From: Euprymna scolopes
Lineage: Eukaryota
Length of the DNA stretch: 64,000 bases
Strand: one strand, 5' to 3'
Assembly: GCA_053919585.1 (NCBI GenBank)
Contig: CM132800.1
The notes beneath the pieces were generated by a model. It saw nothing but the letters and a program-made list of their open reading frames with translations, did not search any database and was not told the DNA's origin. The position numbers and the translations under genes are program-made. Shown piece by piece: positions 55,008 to 64,000 of this stretch; the first letter of the stretch is position 1, and the number at the start of each line of letters is the position of its first letter.

Positions 55008-56574
55008 AAAATAAAAAATTGTATTTGGATTCATCAGATTACTGTTGTAATCTTTCGGTTGATGTAATCACTCCACCCCTCCTCCAAATATGGTTAGCCA
55101 TGTTACTGGAAGTGCTATGATACTAACTTTGTTATTTCTTCTCTTTTAAACTTCTTATTTCATTTTGTAATTTGTAATTATGTGTATTTTAATAATTTAT
55201 ATATGCATTTGTCTTTTTGTTTTCTTTGTTTAGTTTCAAATCCCCCCATCAAAACATCAACCACGTTCTCTTTCAGCTTAACTGATTAATTCTACGCTCT
55301 GTACTAAGGCGAGAGATAAAATACCTTAGGCAGGATAAATTTTCCGAAATTAGGACAAATGTGGATTTATTTTTTTCCTACCGTAGAAGCCAGAAGAACT
55401 TTATTTAAGTAATATACTTAATATCTACAATTGCCATATTCTTGCTGTATTAATAAAGAGGGATCGTTGATATCTCTACCAAACCTCTTGATATAGCTTA
55501 TAATTAACTGTTACTATACTTGTAACTGAAATCTACAGTGATCTTAGCTGCGTCACTAGGTTTTTTTTTCTGAATAGATACACTGTTTTGTCCTCAAACC
55601 TTTATGACTGCTAATAAATATGAATTCCGAATCACGACGAAATAATTGTTTCTCTTTACCTCCAAGACGACTGCCTATGTCTAACCTGCATGCAAAATAG
55701 GGGAAAAGAAGGGAAAATTTTATTTGTTTCTTCCAAGCTAAAACAATACTGTAAACTCTAAATCCTAATGAAACTTTACTGCATTCTGTAAGTTAATAAC
55801 CCCGACCCTTGAAATCTAACAATCTGCTCCCCCCTCTAGCTGTCACTAAAATCCTACATTACATATGCCTTAGTAGTAGAATCCTTAGCCTCCAGCTCCT
55901 AACTTTCACATGCTAACCGCCTAACAGTCATCACTAAACAGCTATACATTTCTACCTCTGACATGCATTAGGGTTCATTCCTATCCAGTTTGGTACTTAC
56001 CAGCCAAAATATGCTCTCGGATGCAAAGCGATCTTCATTACATAACAATGCCTCTTCCTCTTTTTGCAACAAACAATACTAAACCAAATCCGATACTCCC
56101 TGTTATGCAAAACGCTCGATGACTCTTAAAGGAAAACTTAATTTCTATTCCTTCAATAGTAGAAACACTAACACAACTTCTATCTATTTGCATCTACTAA
56201 AAACTTGCCCAAATATCTATTTACTTAATTATACATAGGAATACGCCATGACTTAAAATGTACCTCTAGTGATACCCTTACGGTACTGCACCTACATCTT
56301 TACCCTCCTAAATCTTAATATACAGTGACTGAGCAAAATTCTTAGCTAAATTCCTAATACATATTCACACTATAACGTTATCCTGTACCTAAACTAGCAT
56401 AAAGTTAAAAAAAATGGTAAAATCTAAAGGTAAAATTCTTAATCCGCACTAACGCCTTTTTAACAAGCCTGCTCATATAACTGCTTCCACTGCATGTCCC
56501 TAAATCACTTTGAGGAGTGTAACTATTCATTAGATATATAACCTCTACAAACAAACTCTGTAACATTAACTAAC

Positions 56575-59500
56575 CACGCGGGGTCGCAGAAATACCTAGA
56601 TTAGGACCCAGGCGCGGGGCAAACCCTCTCAGGGCTGATGGGACCAGTAGATCTTCCCAGATCCCCCATCTTGGAGAAGGAAAACGCTGAAACTAAACCA
56701 AAAGGGAGGGAGGCCTCTCCAGTCTTGGATGACAACCTTCCTAGAGCTGGTGACTCAATCAAATTACCGGCCTGCAAACCTAAATTGCTTAAGGAGTAGA
56801 TAGGCTCTGTCTATTGCCTGACTTCCATACTCCTTCTTTGCCTATTAGTCAGGCGCAGAGACACTATCACAGTGATTCGACAAAACACTTAGTGGTAGAT
56901 CTTGTTTCTTGTCTAGGGCAATGAATGCCGTTTCTTCACTCCCGACATATCGCACACCTTAAAACTGGGCATTTGGGAGTGCTTGAGTACCACACATGCC
57001 TGTGCAATTAGATTGGGGTGACCTTCTTCTGATTGGCTGAGGGTACCGTATTGACAGTTCATAACTGCTGTCTCCGACTGGTAGTACAATAGCCCTAACT
57101 CTTTGGAAGCGCTTAGAGCGGCTGCTCCATCAACAGTTGTATAATATCGGCATGTTTGTAATGCCATGTCGCGCATGGAAAGGGAGCCTGCACTCATCCC
57201 CGATGGGTTTTCCTGAGGCCATAGTCCTAGTTGAAGAAAGGTCAGCTAATGGGCTACTTGTGTTGCATGTCTGATACCCTGCATGACCTCTTGTTCAGCT
57301 CCCCCTTACCTAACTAAAACTCTTTAAAAACATGACAGTACAATAAAAAATAAGCTCATACCAGGCCTAGGGACAAACAAATCCAACTTGCCTCCTCCCT
57401 TGAGGCTTGCATTCACAAACATCCGTGGACGTAGAACTAATTAAGCTGATGTTGAAGCATTTCTCCTAACAAATACCCCGGATATCTTAGCACTATGCGA
57501 GACTAACCTACACTCCTCCATCCCCTCTAAAATGCCTGACTATCTCCCACTCTGCCGTAAGGACTCTGACAGACATATACACGGACTTTGAGTTTACATT
57601 CGTAACACCCTCCTCCTGATTAGAGAAAAAACCTAGAAACAGACGATCAAGCCTTATGTGATTTAGACTATACATACACCATAACATTAGCTACTTTTAT
57701 TTTCTCTACCGCTCTCCCTCTACCGAGGACTGCACTATAATAAACAAAGTCTCTGACGGCATAGACACATCACTCTTCCTCAACAATAGCGCACAAGTAC
57801 AGTATTTGGTGACTTTAATGTTCACCACAAAAAGTGGCTTGGATTCTCTACTCACACAGATGTAGCAGACAGCTCAACACATAGCTTTGCTATATCTCAC
57901 TCCCAATCACAAATGGTTACGTTTCCAACTCGTTTCCCTGACCAGCAAGAACAACTCGCATCACTTCTAGATCTGTTTCTGACATCGGTTCCCGAGGATG
58001 GTATAACAAATGCTTACATCTCACTCGGGAACGCTGACAATGCAGTGATAATGGTAGAAATCGCCCTAAATTCTAGACTCAAAACTGAAGAGCCATCACT
58101 CAAAACAACGAAATATTATACAAAGGCTGACTGGGAAAACATCATAGATCTTCATGGGGAAATCGTTTTTCTCTTCCTGCTGAACAGTGCGCAAATGAGA
58201 CCACTGAATTGTTCAAAACAGCAATTGAAGCACATGTTCCCATGCGGAAATTTTATAGCAAGCCCCACTCTCCCCAATGATTTACTTCTACTTGCGCAAC
58301 TGCCATTGCTCAAAGGCAGCATGCATACCACAAATTTAACCGACATAAGTCCAGTTCAAACAGACAGAAGTATATAGAAGTCAGAAGTTACGTTAAGAAA
58401 GAAATAGCAACAGCTAAGAGAGAATTTACTGAAACCACTAAAAACGCATCGAAACACAAAAATTAGGAACTTGTGACTTCTGGAAAATCTACGACGGTGT
58501 AGTAAATAATGGGCAATCAACAATTCCCCCCTAACGAACAATCACTAGGTTGTTTGTTCAGCAACCGACAAGGCTAATATGCTTACCAGCCGGTTTGCCT
58601 CAAACTCCCTACTGGACCCTTCCAACCACCCCTGCCTGACTTTCCTTTGCGGACAGACGGCACGCTAGACGATCTAAAAATCACCCCTTCTCAGGTGCAT
58701 GCTATCATAAAAAAACCTTGACACTTCAAAAGCATGTGGACCTGATCTCATCCCAGCTGTGCTATTAAAAAAGTGCTCAGCCGAAGTAGCTCCAGTTCTC
58801 TCCAAACTCTACAACAAAATGCCTTAATGAACCATGCTTTCCGGGCTTTTTAAAACTGCTGCTGTGGTACCAGTATTCAAGAATTCTGGCGAAAGAACTG
58901 ACCCATCAAATTATCGCCCCATTTGCCTCCTCCCGCCAAAATATTTTAGACCATAATGAACCATGCTCTAGTCCGTCACCTTACAGATGCTAAACTTCTG
59001 ACTGACAAAAAATATGGATTTAGACAAGCCCGTTCAACAGCAGACATCCTCACTGTAATCTCTGAACATATATACCATTCACTGGACAAAGCGGGAGAGG
59101 GCCGAGCGGTAGATCGAGATATATCTAAGGCTTTTGACAGGGTATGGCGTGAGGGTCTCCTCAGTAAAATTAGATCATACGGTATCACTGGTAAAATACT
59201 TAACATAATTAAATCCTTGTTAGATAAGAGAAAAATCCAGGTTGCCCTCGACGGTCGTACATCTAAACAATATGATATAAATGCGGGAGTGCCTCAGGTG
59301 TCTATCCTTTGACCTCTATTGTTCCTAATATTTATAAATGATATCCCTGTCAAAACTGCCTGAGATTGGTATATATGCTGATGACACCAGACTCTATATC
59401 AGACATGACAGGAAAAAAATAAACACATAACGAAAGAAATGACAAAAACACTAGAGGATGACCTCCAGTCTGTAGTGGAATGGAGACAAACATGGATGGT

Positions 59501-60290
59501 CACATCCAATGCTGCCAAGACTAAACTGGTTTCCTTCAATAATTACAAGAAACCTTATTTGTCACCAATAGCAATGGCCAGTGACTTTCTATCTGAGAGT
59601 ACATCTTTCAAACTGTTTGGCCTAACGTTCGCAGGAAACATGAGTTGGAACAATTATATTGAAAACATTGCCAGGGCCGCTGCGAAGAAGGTAGGCTTCT
59701 CTCTACCGTGCTAGAAAACTACTGACACCTCAAAGTATCATTTACCTCTATAAGGCCACAATTCGCCCATGTATGGAGTATTGCTGTCCCATTTGGGCTG
59801 GTGCACCTGCTACTAGTCTCTCGCTCCTAGACAAGGTTCAAAAGAAAGTCGCCAATCTGCTAGGCCCTGAACTGGCATCTAATCTTCAGCCTCTGCCCCA
59901 TCAGCGAAACGTTGCATCCCTCTGCCTTTTCTACAAGCATTTTAATGGTGAATGCTCTGTCGAACTGCAGACACTAGTGCCCCCACGACGTAGACACTCC
60001 CAACAAACCCGACAGGCAAATCCCACCCCCATGCAGTAGAGATCCCTAGATGTAAAAGATCTTTCTACTCCAGTAGTTTCTTCCCCAGAACCGCTAGACT
60101 CTGGAATTCCATCCCAGATCCCTGCTTCCCCAACTGTACTGACATGCAGAAGTTCAAGTGTAACGTGAAAAGACATCTTGCTCTCCAAATCCTAACGTAA
60201 TGCCCCAGTAGTTGCTGCCCCTGATAGTAGCCCCTACACCAAAGTGGCAATGTGCCTTGTTTGGGGTAAAAATTAAAAAAAAAATAAAAA
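56575..60290 (+). mobile_element. Near full-length CR1-group LINE (LINE B, a different family from LINE A) with a ~750-nt structured leader
   Basis: FTNIRG, LALCET, GDFNVHH, LLDLFL, KYGFRQARST, DISKAFDRVW, GVPQ, IYADD, MEYCCPIW. 3' stem-loop at 60231-60266, then an A-rich tail. Confidence 0.92.
57332..60200 (+). pseudogene. Disrupted EN-RT ORF of LINE B
   Basis: Fragments 57913-58377, 58956-59312, 59439-59714 and 59773-60039, plus intervening motifs. Confidence 0.9.
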
Positions 60291-61959
60291 GAAAATACTG
60301 GAAGAATTGTACAAAGCGAGCAAGCGAGCGAGAGATAGAGAGAGTAAATAAATGTCTGATGTTTTTCGTCAGAATAGTCATGTTCCATCAGCAATGTTCT
60401 GTTTTTGCAAGTGTAAGAGCTAGAGAGAGAGCGAGAGAGAGAAATAAAGAGTGAGGGTGATAGACACACAGAAAGAATTGAGAAGTGAATATACAGAAAG
60501 AGGTAGGTATGCAAAGAGATTATATATTAACTTACACCGTATATTGTGAAAAATAACCTCCCCAAAAACGATCAAGGTTTCGCCACAATAGACCTGCATG
60601 CGTGTTTGTTAGTGTCTGCCTTTTTGCGCAATTAACTATTTTTTAATTGTGCACGTTTGTTCCAGTAATTAAGAGTACCTGTATATAAGCGGCTGTGTAT
60701 GAGCGGTTAGTATGTATGTACATGTTTATTCTGTTAGCATTGATGTCTTCTGTAGAAAGCGACGCCATTTTGGTATGTTTTTAAAGTGTTCGTTTATATA
60801 TGCAGTATAATCATTTTGGAATATAAGAATGTCAAGACTGAACCAATGAGATTACGCGGAATCTGGCTAAGGAGACGTTATTATTTATGAGTTTGAGAAG
60901 CGAAAGCTAATGCTATGTCTATGTGTTTATAATCAAATTACGAAGGGTGGAACTTTTTATCTATTGAAAGTGCAACATTCTTCCCGATGCTTACTGCGGG
61001 CAGTAGTAGGACTTCATATTTTGAGAGAAAAGGAAGAACTACTTCTAAAGATCGTTGCGATTGTGGTGCTGCTCCTTGGATGTAAACAAAGGGTTTTATT
61101 ATAATGACTAAATGCGTCTGAAATCTCGTTCGAAAGTTACATATAGTAGTGGCTAATAGTCTAGACAAAATATGTTTGTATGTGGCATTCATTGTTGCAA
61201 AGTCATGGTAATTTTGTCGAGAAAGGATTTGTTTCAATCAAAATATTATATATGGGATTATATATATTATGTACATATGTATATGTATTATTTATGTATA
61301 TATATTACCAAATATATTGAGGGAGTATATATTTATGAATTTTAAAAGGTGATATAATGACGAAGGAATACATAAAAAAACTAAGAGACATTAGTTAAAC
61401 AAACGTAGCATAAGCACAGAGCACTACGGCGTACAACCAAAAGGAAAAACAAATGTTGATTATATATTGTTAAAAGAACATACACGTTTATGGAAATGCA
61501 TCGATAAAAGGAATTGCGTCACTTTATGTAATTAGCTAACGAGAAGCGGATATGATTTTTACAAGCACGGAAGATATCTAATGACCTTCATCCTGAAAAC
61601 AAAGCAAGGTTGTAGTTAGAAAGAAAAACAATAAACAATAAACTTGCAGTCATTGAAAATAAACTGCTATAATAAGAAGCTGTATTAAAGTGACTATGAA
61701 AATAGCGAATTCGCGCCAACATATCAAGCTAGCTTGAACAAAAGAAATAAAAAATAAATTACACAATTCTGTTGAGCACAGCTCCGTATTGTACCCGTAT
61801 AAATACTGAGACTAGCAATACTATGTCTTTTAGAGGGAGATTGCAATAAAGAAGAAACAGAAAAAATGCAACAAATATGTTTCTGCTATTTATCAAGAAA
61901 ATACAACTGAAATTCGTATTTACCGGTGAAAATGACAACAGTACTCCATTCATGGTCCG

Positions 61960-62960
61960 ATAGTAAGGTTGTAGAGACATAAAATTTTCTCCGGTGTGAA
62001 AAAAGATTAACGCCATATAGAGAATATATGTTACAAGAAGAAAAGATGGCAATTAGTTTACTGTGTAGACTCATAGAAAGATTTGATAAGAAAGAAGGAC
62101 GAAGAAGTTTTAGAGTCGATTATCGGAGCGCAACCATCCATAAGAATTTCATGAGGATAAGGGCAATCTTGCGAGTGAACGACAATAACTTAATCGAAAT
62201 ATGACTGGAAAAATACGCCAATCCATTGCTGATTCCAGGTCAACTTACAGATAAGCTGAATACTTCAAGCTGATCGGACAGAGATGGGCGAGAAACAATG
62301 CCAGAGTAGAGGGCAGTGTCTTCAGCATAAATTATTATTCTATGAATGGAAGTTTATTTATATAGATATCAAACAGTGCTGGACTTAGAATAGAGCTCTG
62401 CAAACCACTGGCATTTATAAGTACATAACTTATCAACTCTTCATTAAGAGTTAATTGTAAGCTTAGATTAGAATTAAAAGGCCTGACAATCACAAGAACC
62501 TTACAACCAATACCATGCCCTCGATTTTTATGTAGCACACCAGGATGCCATACGCTGCTGAATACCTTTAAAATGCCAAGCGCAATGTCTCTACGCTCGC
62601 CCTGAATATCAATAAACGTACATATTTGTTTAGTTACTCGAGTTAATAGATAAGATCTTGAACGAAAATCGTGAATAGCATATTGAACATCGCTAAAGGA
62701 GCTACGATTGTCTAGAAAATGAACAACCCTGTAGTTTACCAGTATCTCAAAGTCTTTTCTAATTACAGAGAGAACAAAAACATGACACTATTAAGTTGGA
62801 TCAGACCGATCCCAAGGATTTCCAAAGATAGAGACTCCTTCTAACAATAAGAGAAACAAGACTGAATTTGAGGTTTAAAGTTTAAAAAAACTCATAAAAC
62901 TCGAAGAATTTCAGATTGAATGACAGTAATTTAACAAGATTTTAGATTGGATCTTAGTCT
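61960..62960 (-). mobile_element. Old, deleted CR1-group LINE RT fragment
   Basis: Minus strand: IALGILKVFSSVWHPGVLHK (DISKAFDRVWH analog), SILSPALF, IYAEDTALY, then a C-terminal LP..F..N region. Confidence 0.8.
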
Positions 62961-64000
62961 TTTGACTGATATCAACGTACGCCCGCATAAAACACACCGG
63001 ATCACGCTTTTCTTAATGTTGTAAACTGCAATAGTACGAGAAATAGAAAACTACGCTGACACTTGCAGCGATCCTGAGTAAATTCTGCCGCTACAGTGCT
63101 GAGTAATCTACAACGTGGGAGCGCCATGAGATAAACGTAGATGATTGGTGTTTCTCGCGATCCTGTCGTAGCATGAATATTAGTATGCGCATCGATCTAA
63201 GTAATGAGTAATATGTTTCCTTTTTATTGATAAGAATTTTATCACTTTTCTCATGCACCAGTTCAATGTCAATATCGTATGTGATAAAAAAATATTACAT
63301 ACTCTGGCTCTGAAATGATGAACGAAAGTAGCGAGTTTTCGTGTACGAAATACTCACGTAAGAATACATGTTCCTTTACTTAGCATTGCGAACACGATTC
63401 CTGCTCCTGCCGGATACCAGCCTTTGGGGTAATTTTAGCCTCTTGTGTCGTATAGCGAATAACTTACCTTTTACTCTGCGAATTGCAATCATCACTTCGA
63501 AATTTGATTTCTAAGTTTTCAGTCTCTTTCTAGTTCACTTTTCCCGGAAGAACACCACTAATTATCATGACTTCAGTTTCCGTTATCATTTTCCTCCTAC
63601 TTTGATCTGGATATCATTTACAGATTAGCTTGTTTTTTTTTCAGTAAAACGATAGGCGTTCATATTTTAGAAAGTTTAAAATCACTTACTAATATTTTTT
63701 GTGATTCTTCCCTACTCATTGTTTTATTTCAATAAAATAGTTTTATAGACGAAAATATTTAATCATTTGTGGTTATCGTAATAGAACGCTACTAGTGTAA
63801 GTGTTATATTTATGAGACAAATTACTCTTGTATAGAATAGGATATCATTACTATCATTGTTAACCAGTAACGCCCAACGACACCAACTTTCCAACAATTT
63901 TTAGAGACTTGCCTTTAATGCATTTTAAATGTTTAAGTTATTAATTTCTGCAAATAATTTATTCAAAGATTATCGTTTCGTTATCAGCATCACAGCAAAT

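Noticed and set aside
56913-57197. 94-aa minus-strand ORF in the LINE B leader
   Set aside because: No recognisable domain; such an ORF is expected by chance in GC-richer sequence.
62975-63200. Promoter (reverse CCAAT box, TCTCGCGA)
   Set aside because: Short motifs only, with no associated gene visible.

Overview
AT-rich eukaryotic (probably invertebrate animal) draft-assembly DNA with three N-gaps. I could not support any intact host gene, tRNA, rRNA or CRISPR array; the window is mostly decayed transposable elements and simple repeats. It holds two near full-length CR1-group LINEs (10.1-13.7 kb and 56.6-60.3 kb) plus four fragments of the same group, a Gypsy LTR element with both LTRs (31.1-36.2 kb) interrupted by a LINE fragment, and an I-group LINE with RNase H (37.8-41 kb). 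It also holds a Helitron RepHel relic (19-21.5 kb), a Chapaev3-like deletion derivative (47.5-48.5 kb), a TA-flanked MITE, a possible BEL/Pao 5' end and a 19-bp minisatellite (54.2-55.0 kb). The most interesting signals are RNA structures. Both full LINEs have long GC-enriched leaders upstream of the EN-RT ORF, with shared motifs and a candidate pseudoknot. A covarying 3'-terminal stem-loop occurs in five LINE copies. There are also two degenerate Penelope-type minimal hammerhead motifs and two orphan multibranch structured islands. All calls were made by eye, so boundaries are approximate and no database search was run.
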